From: a virus
Taxonomy: Duplodnaviria; Heunggongvirae; Uroviricota; Caudoviricetes
Virus record (IMG/VR): IMGVR_UViG_2698536476_000008
DNA: 64,000 nt
Direction: 5' to 3' (one strand)
Shown: positions 31,322-40,799 of the stretch, in pieces
How the letters are laid out: each line of letters opens with the position of its first letter
How positions within the stretch are numbered: the first letter of the stretch is position 1
The notes under the pieces: generated by a model
Told to the model about the DNA's origin: nothing
Database searches by the model: none
What the model saw: the letters and a program-made list of their open reading frames with translations, nothing else
Translations under genes and position numbers: made by a program

Positions 31322-32515
31322 GTGACCTGGGACGATCACAAGAAGAATTTTGCTCGCCTGGCGCGAGATGGTGGTTACACCATCGCACAGTATGCCGCCG
31401 AGTTTAATCTTAACCCTAATACCGCACGTCGTTATCTCCGTGCCTTCAAAGAAGACACCAGGACAGCGGACAGCCGCAAGCCAAATAAGCCAGTCAGGAA
31501 GCCACTAAAAAGCATGATCATTGATCACTCTAATGATCAACATGCAGGTGATCACATTGCGGCTGAAACAGCGGAAAAACAAAGAGTTAATGCCGTTGTC
31601 AGTGCCGCAGTCGAGAATGCGAAGCGCCAAAATAAGCGCATAAATGATCGTTCAGATGATCATGACGTGATCACCCGCGCCCACCGGACCTTACGTGATC
31701 GCCTGGAACGCGACACCCTGGATGATGATGGTGAACGCTTTGAATTCGAAGCTGGCGATTACCTGATAGATAACGTTGAAGCGCGGAAGGCCGCGCGCGC
31801 TATGTTGCGTCGGTCCGGGGCCGATGTTCTGGAAACCACTCTTCTGGAAAAGTCTCTTTCTCATCTCCTTATGCTGGAGAACGCCAGGGATACGTGTATT
31901 CGCCTGGTGCAGGAAATGCGCGATCAGCAAAAAGACGATGATGAAGGTACTCCGCCTGAATACCGTATCGCGAGCATGCTAAACAGCTGTTCCGCGCAGA
32001 TAAGCAGTCTGATCAACACCATTTACAGCATCCGGAATAACTATCGAAAAGAAAGCCGGGAGGCGGAAAAGCACGCTTTGTCTATGGGGCAAGCTGGCAT
32101 TGTTAAGCTGGCATATGAACGAAAGCGTGAAAATAACTGGTCAGTGCTGGAAGCAGCTGAATTCATCGAGGCGCATGGTGGGAAAGTTCCGCCCCTGATG
32201 CTGGAGCAAATCAAAGCCGATCTGCGTGCTCCTAAGACCAATACCGATGATGAGGAAAGGCAAACAGCCGTCGGTGGCCCTTCTCTTGACGATCTGGACA
32301 AAGTTGCGCGAGAACGGGCCGCCAACCGCCGCGCCGATGCCGCATTGTGGATTGAGCAGCGTAGGGAAGAAATCGCCGATATCGTTGATACAGGCGGTTA
32401 TGGAGATGTTGATACTGAAGGTGTATCAAACGACCCATGGCTGGAACAAGACCTGGACGAAGACGAGGAGGAAGACGAAGAAGTTACCCGCAAGCTATAC
32501 GGGGATGATGATTAA
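31322..32515 (+). CDS. pacA: Pacase small subunit
   Basis: 397-aa ORF containing the pac hexamer cluster. Confidence 0.8.
   Translation: MTWDDHKKNFARLARDGGYTIAQYAAEFNLNPNTARRYLRAFKEDTRTADSRKPNKPVRKPLKSMIIDHSNDQHAGDHIAAETAEKQRVNAVVSAAVENAKRQNKRINDRSDDHDVITRAHRTLRDRLERDTLDDDGERFEFEAGDYLIDNVEARKAARAMLRRSGADVLETTLLEKSLSHLLMLENARDTCIRLVQEMRDQQKDDDEGTPPEYRIASMLNSCSAQISSLINTIYSIRNNYRKESREAEKHALSMGQAGIVKLAYERKRENNWSVLEAAEFIEAHGGKVPPLMLEQIKADLRAPKTNTDDEERQTAVGGPSLDDLDKVARERAANRRADAALWIEQRREEIADIVDTGGYGDVDTEGVSNDPWLEQDLDEDEEEDEEVTRKLYGDDD
31514..31673 (+). other. pac packaging site: two clusters of TGATCA/TGATCG hexamers (4 + 3 Dam sites) flanking the cleavage region
   Basis: Hexamers at 31514, 31522, 31534, 31549 and 31644, 31657, 31668. 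Confidence 0.75.
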
Positions 32516-33999
32516 TGGCCAGAAGTTGCGTAACGGATCCTCGTTGGCGCGAGCTGGTGGCGCTATATCGTTATGACTGGATTGCTGCCGCTGATGTTTT
32601 GTTCGGCAAAACACCTACCTGGCAGCAGGATCTGATTATTGAGTCTGTGCAGGAACAGGGTAGCAAGACATCTGTTTCGTCTGGTCACGGTACCGGGAAA
32701 TCAGACATGACTTCTATCATGATCATGTTGTTCATAATCATGTATCCCGGTGCCCGCGCCATTATCGTTGCGAACAAAATTCAGCAGGTAATGACCGGTA
32801 TATTCAAGTACATCAAGATAAACTGGGCTACTGCCACCAGCCGTTTTCCATGGCTTGCTGATTATTTTGTTCTGACAGAAACCGCTTTCTATGAGGTTAC
32901 TGGTAAAGGTGTATGGACTGTAGTACCGAAGGGCTTTCGTCTGGGAAGTGAAGAAGCTCTCGCCGGTGAACACGCAGATCATCTTCTGTATATTATCGAT
33001 GAAGCCTCCGGTGTCAGTGATAGAGCTTTCGGTATCATCACCGGTGCTCTTACCGGACAGGATAACCGCATCTTATTACTGTCACAGCCTACACGCCCAA
33101 GCGGCTATTTCTACGATACTCACCATAAACTGGCCAAGCGTCCTGGTAACCCAGATGGCGTTTATACGGCGATCACGCTTAACAGTGAGGAATCACCGCT
33201 GGTAACGCCAGAATTTATCAAAATGAAGCTGGCGGAGTACGGCGGGCGTGATAACCCTATGTACATGATTAAGGTGCGCGGCCTATTCCCTAAATCACAG
33301 GACGGCTTCCTTCTTGGACGTGATGAGGTTGAACGTGCAACGCGGCGGAAAGTTAAGATTGCCAAAGGATGGGGCTGGCTTGCATGTGTGGACGTTGCTG
33401 GTGGTACGGGACGGGATAAGTCAGTTATCAATATCATGATGGTGTCCGGCCAGCGAAATAAACGCCGTGTAATCAACTATCGAATGCTGGAATACACAGA
33501 CGTTACAGAAACGCAGCTTGCCGCCAAAATTTTCGCAGAATGTAATCCTGAGCGATTCCCCAATATCACCATAGCGATAGATGGCGATGGCCTGGGTAAA
33601 GCAACAGCGGATCTGATGTACGAGTATTATGGTATTACCGTACAGCGTATACGCTGGGGTAAAAAGATGCATAGCCGTGAAGATAAGAGCCTGTACTTTG
33701 ATAAACGTGCTTATGCCAACGTTCAAGCCGCAGAGGCCGTAAAATCTGGTCGTATGAGACTGGATAAGGGTAATGAAACTATTGAGGAAGCGTCGAAAAT
33801 CCCTGTAGGGATTAACTCCGCAGGTCAATGGAAGGTGATGAGTAAGGAGGATATGAAGAAAAAACTCAACCTGCACTCACCAGACCATTGGGATACATAT
33901 TGTTTCGCTATGCTGGCGGATTATGTTCCCCAGGATGAAGTGCTTAGCGTCGAAGACGAAGCGCAGGTTGATGAAGCTCTGGCATGGCTTAATGAATGA
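32515..33999 (+). CDS. pacB: Pacase large subunit (terminase large subunit-like)
   Basis: 494-aa ORF coupled to pacA. Confidence 0.8.
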   Translation: MARSCVTDPRWRELVALYRYDWIAAADVLFGKTPTWQQDLIIESVQEQGSKTSVSSGHGTGKSDMTSIMIMLFIIMYPGARAIIVANKIQQVMTGIFKYIKINWATATSRFPWLADYFVLTETAFYEVTGKGVWTVVPKGFRLGSEEALAGEHADHLLYIIDEASGVSDRAFGIITGALTGQDNRILLLSQPTRPSGYFYDTHHKLAKRPGNPDGVYTAITLNSEESPLVTPEFIKMKLAEYGGRDNPMYMIKVRGLFPKSQDGFLLGRDEVERATRRKVKIAKGWGWLACVDVAGGTGRDKSVINIMMVSGQRNKRRVINYRMLEYTDVTETQLAAKIFAECNPERFPNITIAIDGDGLGKATADLMYEYYGITVQRIRWGKKMHSREDKSLYFDKRAYANVQAAEAVKSGRMRLDKGNETIEEASKIPVGINSAGQWKVMSKEDMKKKLNLHSPDHWDTYCFAMLADYVPQDEVLSVEDEAQVDEALAWLNE

Positions 34000-34002
34000 A
34001 TA

Positions 34003-34019
34003 TTTGCTCTAATAAATTG
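34003..34019 (+). promoter_or_regulatory. C1 operator-like site (TTTGCTCTAATAAATTG) preceding the immI-like module
   Basis: Direct read. Confidence 0.5.
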
Positions 34020-34201
34020 TGTTTTTTAGCTACCGATGTTACATTGAACCTGACCTCTTGCGCCTTGAGGCATTTTCGGTTTATGCTTATCAGGCACCTC
34101 ATTAAAACGGGTGCCGGGATTGGCCTCCCGCTTAAGTCTAAGGCGATACAGACGCCGCTCGCGTCTTTTTTTGTATCGGCGTACACGCACACCTCTACAA
34201 T

Positions 34202-34277
34202 GGTGGGCTGTATGGGGCTACCTTCGGGTAGGCTGGTTACCTTGGACGCCAGTAAGGCCAACTCCGTACAGTCCACC
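34202..34277 (+). ncRNA. c4: c4-like structured antisense RNA candidate (about 76 nt, ends paired)
   Basis: GGTGGGCTGTA at 5' end pairs with TACAGTCCACC at 3' end; internal hairpin CTACCTTCGGGTAG; sits between operator and icd/ant. Confidence 0.45.
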
Positions 34278-34337
34278 GCCAGCAAGATTGGTCTCTTCTG
34301 CGGTGGTTACATACCAACGTCTAAGGAGGCTGCCAAT

Positions 34338-34559
34338 ATGGCTACTATCCCTACCCCAACTCATCCTGAATTTATCTGGCGCTTTTACTCCTGCCAAAAA
34401 CGTCACTATCACTTCGTTATTGCACCAACAGAAGATGAGGCCCGCTCTCAGCTGCCTGACGCCCCATGTATTTTCTCTGCCCGTTTTTCCACTGATTCAC
34501 GCAATTCTCTCAGTTACTGGTACCTCCCTGTTAACGCTTCTGTTCAGGAGGGGCTATGA
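34338..34559 (+). CDS. icd: Icd-like small protein overlapping ant start
   Basis: 73-aa ORF, TAAGGAGG RBS, ATGA overlap with next gene. Confidence 0.5.
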   Translation: MATIPTPTHPEFIWRFYSCQKRHYHFVIAPTEDEARSQLPDAPCIFSARFSTDSRNSLSYWYLPVNASVQEGL

Positions 34560-35674
34560 GAACGTCATTAGTCACCCGTGAAGAGATGATCGAGGCAATT
34601 GAACAGCACACTGCCTGTATCAGCACCAGGGATATTCCCAGTGTTATAGCCAACTACTTCATGATCACTAAACAACTTTACCGGAGAAAGGACAAGAACG
34701 CGGTTCACCGTATCCTGCTGTCTGATATTCGCGAATACCTGCTCGAACAGGGTCATCTGAATTACGCAACCGTCGCAGCCGAAGCACGCAAGGAGGCACA
34801 CAGAATGAAAGCAACTAACGTTAAATCAGAAAAAATTCATGCACCTTCAGTTCAGGAATCGGAGCTGGTGGTTGTTCAGAATCAGTCTGATGAAATTCCC
34901 GTTCTGGAATGGCAGGGAGTGCGTGTAGTGACAACCGAGACTCTTGCTAGAGGGTATGGGACAGAAACAATCCGTATTCGCCAAAATCATCATGAGAACA
35001 AAGTACGCTTTGTTGAAGGGAAGCACTTTTTCAAAGTTGAAGGAGAATCATTGCGCGAGTTGAAGCACAGAGTAGCTTTAAACTACTCTGTAAAAATTGC
35101 TCGCAATGTTCGCTCACTCACCCTCTGGACAGAACGCGGCGCAGCCCGCCACGCTAAAATGCTCGAAACCGATCAGGCATGGGCATTCTTTGAAAAACTG
35201 GAAGACAGCTACTTCCGACAAAAAGAACAGCAACCGATCGCAATCCCCCAGACGCTTCCTGAAGCCCTACGCCTGGCTGCCGAACTGGCTGAACAAAAGC
35301 AACTTCTGGAACAGAAAGCCCACCAGCTAAATCAGCAGCTGGTGGCCGCCGCTCCTAAAGTCGATTTTGCCGACCGGGTATCAGTAGCTAAAGGGATCCT
35401 GATTGGGAATTTTGCAAAGGTTGTTGGACTTAAGCAAAACGCGCTGTTTGTCTGGTTACGGGAGAACGGCATCCTGATAGCGTCCGGTGGACGTAAAAAT
35501 GTGCCGTTCCAGCAGTACATCAACGCGGGGTATTTCACGGTGAAAGAAGTGGTGCTGGATGATGAAGATGGCTACCAGATACGGTTGACGCCTCAATTAA
35601 CGGGTAAAGGCCAGCAGTGGTTGACGCGTAAACTGCTCGATGCTGGCTTGTTAAAACCGGTGGCAGCTGAATAA
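34556..35674 (+). CDS. ant: Antirepressor (ORF6N-like N-domain, Ant/KilAC-like C-domain); possible internal start for shorter isoform
   Basis: 372-aa ORF with antirepressor-type sequence features. Confidence 0.6.
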   Translation: MRTSLVTREEMIEAIEQHTACISTRDIPSVIANYFMITKQLYRRKDKNAVHRILLSDIREYLLEQGHLNYATVAAEARKEAHRMKATNVKSEKIHAPSVQESELVVVQNQSDEIPVLEWQGVRVVTTETLARGYGTETIRIRQNHHENKVRFVEGKHFFKVEGESLRELKHRVALNYSVKIARNVRSLTLWTERGAARHAKMLETDQAWAFFEKLEDSYFRQKEQQPIAIPQTLPEALRLAAELAEQKQLLEQKAHQLNQQLVAAAPKVDFADRVSVAKGILIGNFAKVVGLKQNALFVWLRENGILIASGGRKNVPFQQYINAGYFTVKEVVLDDEDGYQIRLTPQLTGKGQQWLTRKLLDAGLLKPVAAE

Positions 35675-35706
35675 TGGAAGAATGCCCGGTTGATGCCGGG
35701 CATAAT

Positions 35707-36558
35707 TTATTGCGCGCTTTCGGGGTTGTCGTTTACTGGCTGCCCCTTCTTGGTTTTACGACTGCGCGTAACTGATGCGGCTGACTTAACCTTTTTCTCT
35801 TCGCGAGTGATGGCAATTTGTTTTTTTACATTTTCAATATCTGCCAGGCGATATATTTTTGCTTGCGGCCAGCGGTCGCAGATGATCGGTTCTATGGAGT
35901 CATAAAGGCTAAATTTTGCTTTTTCGAATTCACCGTTGATGATAATTCCATCACGGAGAGTTTCATCGCAGATAAACACGCCACACAGTGGCACATGGTA
36001 ACTAACTGATTTACCATCATTGTAGTTAGGGCTACTGGAAATGTAGTGGACGCGCAGCATTGTTTCGCTAAAGCCGTGTACGCGCATACGGAATTTTTCA
36101 TCCTCCGGGTACTGCCTCATTAGCTCTTTTGTTGCTTCCAGGTTCTCTATGTATTTCGCACTGTGCTCATTGATCCCCGCGCTTTTCTGGATGCGAATGT
36201 CCTTATCAATCAGATGAATAATGCGGCCAGCGGTCATGTTGACGCTGTTCACAGCTTCTGTCTGATAAGTTGTAACCTTACGCACACCGCGAAGGATGTT
36301 AGGCACTGGATATAAAATAGTCTTTGGGATATTGAGGTCTGGGTACTGTTCCAGTTCCCGCGCCATTAAAGTCCATTTATCAATTTCAGCCTGAATGCTG
36401 TCCGTTTCTTTGAACGGCAGAACGACAACCGGGCGAACAGGACGACCGTCGCTGGCGGCATCAACGTGTTGGGCGCGTGCAACAGCTTTTTTTAGAAAGA
36501 GATCCCTGAAGCTGACGAACTCCTGGTACAGTTGTTCGCCGTAGACATAATTTATCAT
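35707..36558 (-). CDS. c1: C1 repressor of lysis/lysogeny
   Basis: 283-aa ORF MINYVYGEQLYQEF...; position between pacB side and coi/loxP; its operator motif is scattered through the window. Confidence 0.8.
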   Translation of the reverse strand: MINYVYGEQLYQEFVSFRDLFLKKAVARAQHVDAASDGRPVRPVVVLPFKETDSIQAEIDKWTLMARELEQYPDLNIPKTILYPVPNILRGVRKVTTYQTEAVNSVNMTAGRIIHLIDKDIRIQKSAGINEHSAKYIENLEATKELMRQYPEDEKFRMRVHGFSETMLRVHYISSSPNYNDGKSVSYHVPLCGVFICDETLRDGIIINGEFEKAKFSLYDSIEPIICDRWPQAKIYRLADIENVKKQIAITREEKKVKSAASVTRSRKTKKGQPVNDNPESAQ

Positions 36559-36652
36559 TGATCCTCCTCCAGAATTGACATGGCCAACAACTCACAGCGG
36601 ATTACACTGGGAGTTGTTGGCCACCATTATAGAAGGATCCAACGAAAATAAT

Positions 36653-36669
36653 AGATTTATTAGTGCATT
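36653..36669 (-). promoter_or_regulatory. Degenerate C1 operator-like site between coi and c1
   Basis: Reverse complement ATGCACTAATAAATCT. Confidence 0.35.
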
Positions 36670-36878
36670 TATTGTGAGTCTGGCTGGTTAGTGGCCATGA
36701 GATATTCGATTGTGTCAGTGAGATCATCCAGGTCGTCTTGGGTGATGCGGTACTCCTGATTGGATATCTTTGAGTAGTGTTCAGCAATGGCGCGGGCAGC
36801 GTCGGTTTCGGCGGGGTCTACAGATAAAGCGTTAGAGCAATGTCTAACGTCGTCGATGGTTGGTGGAATGAAAGCCAT
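36669..36878 (-). CDS. coi: C1 inactivator-like protein
   Basis: 69-aa ORF immediately upstream of c1 on same strand. Confidence 0.6.
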   Translation of the reverse strand: MAFIPPTIDDVRHCSNALSVDPAETDAARAIAEHYSKISNQEYRITQDDLDDLTDTIEYLMATNQPDSQ

Positions 36879-37116
36879 AATTATGCCTCACTGTATTGAC
36901 AACACAGAGCCTGAAGCTCTGACCTACTGTTTCACCCATGATCCATGCTGGGGTAATCTAACAACATTGCGCTGTGTGTAAGATGAGCAATGCATAGCTG
37001 TAATGCCGTTGTATAAGGTTTCCCTGTTTGCTCATTTCCTTCTGAGCCGCTCTACAACGCTGAAGACACATTAAATAGTGAATCCAAAGTCGTATTACGA
37101 AACGGCGGCAAAACTA

Positions 37117-37133
37117 TAATTTATTAGAGCAAT
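37117..37133 (-). promoter_or_regulatory. C1 operator (ATTGCTCTAATAAATTA) on minus strand
   Basis: Reverse complement read. Confidence 0.55.
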
Positions 37134-37199
37134 TGTCAAACAACTATGAAAAACAATCCAGTTTTTGGCTGGTGGAGTGGGATTTTTCTCTCAAAATTT

Positions 37200-37216
37200 A
37201 TTGCTCTAATAATTCT
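37200..37216 (+). promoter_or_regulatory. C1 operator-like site (ATTGCTCTAATAATTCT)
   Basis: Direct read. Confidence 0.55.
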
Positions 37217-37259
37217 TGATTTTTATGCGCAGCTGGACGTAAACTCCTCTTCGGACCTA

Positions 37260-37293
37260 ATAACTTCGTATAGCATACATTATACGAAGTTAT
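37260..37293 (+). other. loxP site (ATAACTTCGTATA-GCATACAT-TATACGAAGTTAT)
   Basis: Exact 34-bp loxP sequence. Confidence 0.97.
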
Positions 37294-37482
37294 CTTAAGG
37301 GTTATTGAACATGATCAATTTACCTGTAAATCCATACAGTTCAATACCTTATCAGGTCAAATAGTGATCACTTGATCATTTGATCAAGGTTGCGCTACGT
37401 AAAATCTGCGAAATGTTGGCAGTGTTAGTGCTCCAGATTTCGCGTAGCGCACTTAGCACCACCAATCAATCAGAGGTGAAAA

Positions 37483-37704
37483 ATGGGATATTCAGCTGCT
37501 AAAGTGTCCACTCATCTTGAGCTTGAGAAAAACCGTGGTTACTGGCGGGCAAAAGGGTTTGATCGTGATAGTTGCCAACTGTCATTATCGCGCGGTGAAG
37601 AGAAAATAGAACGCACGCGCGGTCGCTGGCGTTTCTATGACGAGAACCATAAACAGGTAAAGGCAGAGCCGATCCTGTACACTTTACTTAAAACCATTAT
37701 CTGA
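37483..37704 (+). CDS. Hypothetical 73-aa ORF in the loxP-cre spacer
   Basis: GAGGTG RBS; could equally be non-coding leader. Confidence 0.25.
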   Translation: MGYSAAKVSTHLELEKNRGYWRAKGFDRDSCQLSLSRGEEKIERTRGRWRFYDENHKQVKAEPILYTLLKTII

Positions 37705-37711
37705 GTGTTAA

Positions 37712-38743
37712 ATGTCCAATTTACTGACCGTACACCAAAATTTGCCTGCATTACCGGTCGATGCAACGAGTGATGAGGTTCGCAAGAACCTGATGGACAT
37801 GTTCAGGGATCGCCAGGCGTTTTCTGAGCATACCTGGAAAATGCTTCTGTCCGTTTGCCGGTCGTGGGCGGCATGGTGCAAGTTGAATAACCGGAAATGG
37901 TTTCCCGCAGAACCTGAAGATGTTCGCGATTATCTTCTATATCTTCAGGCGCGCGGTCTGGCAGTAAAAACTATCCAGCAACATTTGGGCCAGCTAAACA
38001 TGCTTCATCGTCGGTCCGGGCTGCCACGACCAAGTGACAGCAATGCTGTTTCACTGGTCATGCGGCGGATTCGAAAAGAAAACGTTGATGCCGGTGAACG
38101 TGCAAAACAGGCATTGGCGTTCGAACGCACTGATTTCGACCAGGTTCGTTCACTCATGGAAAATAGCGATCGCTGCCAGGATATACGTAATCTGGCATTT
38201 CTTGGGATTGCTTATAATACCCTGCTACGTATAGCAGAAATTGCCAGGATCAGGGTTAAAGATATCTCACGTACTGACGGTGGGAGAATGTTAATCCATA
38301 TTGGCAGAACGAAAACGCTGGTTAGCACCGCAGGTGTAGAGAAGGCACTTAGCCTGGGGGTAACTAAACTGGTCGAGCGATGGATTTCTGTCTCTGGTGT
38401 AGCTGATGATCCGAATAACTACCTGTTTTGCCGGGTCAGAAAAAATGGTGTTGCCGCGCCATCTGCCACCAGCCAGCTATCAACTCGCGCCCTGGAAGGG
38501 ATTTTTGAAGCAACTCATCGATTGATTTACGGCGCTAAGGATGACTCTGGTCAGAGATACCTGGCCTGGTCTGGACACAGTGCCCGTGTCGGAGCAGCGC
38601 GAGATATGGCCCGCGCTGGAGTTTCAATACCGGAGATCATGCAAGCTGGTGGCTGGACCAATGTAAATATTGTCATGAACTATATCCGTAACCTGGATAG
38701 TGAAACAGGGGCAATGGTGCGCCTGCTGGAAGATGGCAATTAG
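37712..38743 (+). CDS. cre: Cre tyrosine recombinase
   Basis: 343-aa translation MSNLLTVHQNLPALPVDATSDEVRKNLMDMFRDRQAFSEHTWKMLLSVCRSWAAWCKLNNRKWFPAEPEDVRDYLLYLQARGLAVKTIQQHLGQLNMLHRRSGLPRPSDSNAVSLVMRRIRKENVDAGERAKQALAFERTDFDQVRSLMENSDRCQDIRNLAFLGIAYNTLLRIAEIARIRVKDISRTDGGRMLIHIGRTKTLVSTAGVEKALSLGVTKLVERWISVSGVADDPNNYLFCRVRKNGVAAPSATSQLSTRALEGIFEATHRLIYGAKDDSGQRYLAWSGHSARVGAARDMARAGVSIPEIMQAGGWTNVNIVMNYIRNLDSETGAMVRLLEDGN (to my recollection, standard Cre apart from possibly the final residue). Confidence 0.97.
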   Translation: MSNLLTVHQNLPALPVDATSDEVRKNLMDMFRDRQAFSEHTWKMLLSVCRSWAAWCKLNNRKWFPAEPEDVRDYLLYLQARGLAVKTIQQHLGQLNMLHRRSGLPRPSDSNAVSLVMRRIRKENVDAGERAKQALAFERTDFDQVRSLMENSDRCQDIRNLAFLGIAYNTLLRIAEIARIRVKDISRTDGGRMLIHIGRTKTLVSTAGVEKALSLGVTKLVERWISVSGVADDPNNYLFCRVRKNGVAAPSATSQLSTRALEGIFEATHRLIYGAKDDSGQRYLAWSGHSARVGAARDMARAGVSIPEIMQAGGWTNVNIVMNYIRNLDSETGAMVRLLEDGN

Positions 38744-38760
38744 CCATTAACGCGTAAATG

Positions 38761-38777
38761 ATTGCTCTAATTCTTTG
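38761..38777 (+). promoter_or_regulatory. C1 operator-like site (ATTGCTCTAATTCTTTG)
   Basis: Direct read. Confidence 0.55.
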
Positions 38778-38793
38778 ATATTTATGGTGGCAT

Positions 38794-39105
38794 ATGAGAA
38801 AGGATTTCAACATCGACGGAAAATATGTAGTGCTGTCTGTAAGCACTAATATTCTGTCGCCATCTGTCATTGTCACCGTAAAGTTGAGCGATAGGATGCC
38901 TGATATCGACTCGATATCTGTTGCGTTCCCCGTTAAAAGCATGCGGAGTGCTGAACATTTTGTGATGAATGCAACGGAGGAGGAAGCGCGGCGCGGGCTT
39001 ACTAGAGTGATGGGGGAATTTGGCGAACTCCTGGGTAAGGTAAACAATGCCCTTTCAATCAGTTCAGCAAGGTCCAAAGCGTTAACCGCTTCCATGATGA
39101 AATAA
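38794..39105 (+). CDS. Small protein downstream of cre (position of P1 cra)
   Basis: 103-aa ORF. Confidence 0.45.
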   Translation: MRKDFNIDGKYVVLSVSTNILSPSVIVTVKLSDRMPDIDSISVAFPVKSMRSAEHFVMNATEEEARRGLTRVMGEFGELLGKVNNALSISSARSKALTASMMK

Positions 39106-39237
39106 AAAAAAGCCTGGCAAGGAGCCAGGCTGCACAAAAGAGCGGGTTTGTATTCCGCATCCAATCAATCAAGAAGGAGTATAGCACACAGGTACTGAAG
39201 TGAAAAAATGTGATTCGCGAGAAACAAAATATATACC

Positions 39238-39254
39238 ATTGCTCTAATTGATTG
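39238..39254 (+). promoter_or_regulatory. C1 operator-like site (ATTGCTCTAATTGATTG) preceding ref
   Basis: Direct read. Confidence 0.55.
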
Positions 39255-39352
39255 CTATAATTTGGCCGCAGTTTTTGTCAACTACGAAGACGTTGCCATT
39301 ACTTCACTCCTTGACATCATTGGCGGCCATTAGGCCGCCTTTTTTTTGCCAT

Positions 39353-39913
39353 ATGAAAACAATCGAACAAAAACTTGAACAGCGCCGCGAGTGGCAGAAG
39401 GCAGCCAGAGAACGAGCGATCGCTCGGCAACGGGAAAAGTTGGCTGACCCCGCCTGGCGAGAATCGCAATATCAGAAAATGCGGGATTCTATCGACCGCC
39501 GTATCGCTAAACAGAAAGAGCGCCCACCAGCCAGCAAAACGCGGAAAAGTGCGGTAAAAATAAAATCTCGTGGCTTGAAGGGGCGAACACCGACGGAGGA
39601 GGAACAGACTATCGCCAATGCTCTTGGCACTCTCCCCTGCATTGCCTGCTACATGCATGGAGTAATATCTGAAGAGGTGTCTCTGCACCATATCTCCGGT
39701 CGTACCGCGCCGGGTTGTCACAAAAAGCAATTGCCCCTTTGCAGATGGCACCACCAGCATGCAGCACCGGCTGAAGTAAGAGAAAAATACCCCTGGCTGG
39801 TCCCTGTTCATGCCGATGGCGTGGTAGGAGGCAAGAAAGAATTCACCTTGTTGAACAAGTCAGAGATGGAGTTGCTGGCTGACGCCTATGAAATGGCAAA
39901 CATCATGCACTAA
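39353..39913 (+). CDS. ref: Ref, RecA-dependent HNH-family nuclease (recombination enhancement function)
   Basis: 186 aa from ATG 39353; basic N-terminus, Cys/His cluster CIACYMHG...HHISGR...CHKKQLPLCRWHH. Confidence 0.75.
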   Translation: MKTIEQKLEQRREWQKAARERAIARQREKLADPAWRESQYQKMRDSIDRRIAKQKERPPASKTRKSAVKIKSRGLKGRTPTEEEQTIANALGTLPCIACYMHGVISEEVSLHHISGRTAPGCHKKQLPLCRWHHQHAAPAEVREKYPWLVPVHADGVVGGKKEFTLLNKSEMELLADAYEMANIMH

Positions 39914-40101
39914 TAAATATATTATTTTTAATCTTAAATGATTGACAACTGACAAGTGACTTGAGTCAGAATCATCACACGCCCGGTACGGATGGATCCC
40001 TTTTCAAATATTCCATGGACGGCACAGTCTGAGTACCGGGCGCTACCTTCAGTTGTATTGCTAAGCCGCCGCTGGTGGCTTTTCTTTTTTGTAGGGGCGC
40101 T

Positions 40102-40743
40102 ATGGATAAGAAAATATGCGTTGTTTCGATGAGCGTCGGCAAACCGGCGTCAATGACTGCTGCATGGATCAACAACGAGCTGATAATGGCTGAGCGGACC
40201 AGCTACCCTGAACGCCGCCGCGACATGGAACTCCAGCTGCTGCGCGAATTGCGAGAAAAAGAGGAAAAGGGTTTTATCGTGCTGGTGGAAGAGGAAAACA
40301 GCTTTATTACTGGTCGAGTTGGCCAGCGTGTAAGGTTGCGCGATCCCTTCATGAACGGCAGGCCGGTACTGATTGAAGCAATGCAGATTTACAAGGAGCT
40401 GGAACGCCAGAAAGCGATCAAGTTACCGCGCAAGGAATCCGGCAAATACATCCTCCACCAAAGCATCTTCGATTCCGAACACGATAAAAAAGGCGATGAA
40501 TTTTTCAACATCAACTGGAGCGAAATAACGACAGAGCATGTTCTGACGTTACTATGTTGCTTTGCGACGGAATACAACAACGTTGCCAGCGCAGACTACA
40601 TCAGGGCAATGGCTGGAGAAGTTGAGGCACGCCAGGAACCATCGTTACTAAGCCCTCTGATTAACATAATTCGCGGAACCCAAACGCTGGCACAAAAACA
40701 GGTGCCTAAGGGAGTATTAACAGGAAAAGGAAATTATCTATAA
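40102..40743 (+). CDS. Mat-position protein (particle maturation-like), start uncertain
   Basis: ORF track 40075..40743; late-promoter-like motif upstream. Confidence 0.4.
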   Translation: MDKKICVVSMSVGKPASMTAAWINNELIMAERTSYPERRRDMELQLLRELREKEEKGFIVLVEEENSFITGRVGQRVRLRDPFMNGRPVLIEAMQIYKELERQKAIKLPRKESGKYILHQSIFDSEHDKKGDEFFNINWSEITTEHVLTLLCCFATEYNNVASADYIRAMAGEVEARQEPSLLSPLINIIRGTQTLAQKQVPKGVLTGKGNYL

Positions 40744-40799
40744 ACGTCAATGCATTAGGGTATACTTCTCCGTAGAACTATAAGTAAATGGAGTAAGTA

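Noticed and set aside
33996-34559. 187-aa plus-strand ORF spanning the pacB to ant interval
   Set aside because: The open frame crosses a C1 operator, a terminator-like hairpin and the structured RNA candidate; only its last 73 codons (icd-like, with strong RBS) look like a real gene.
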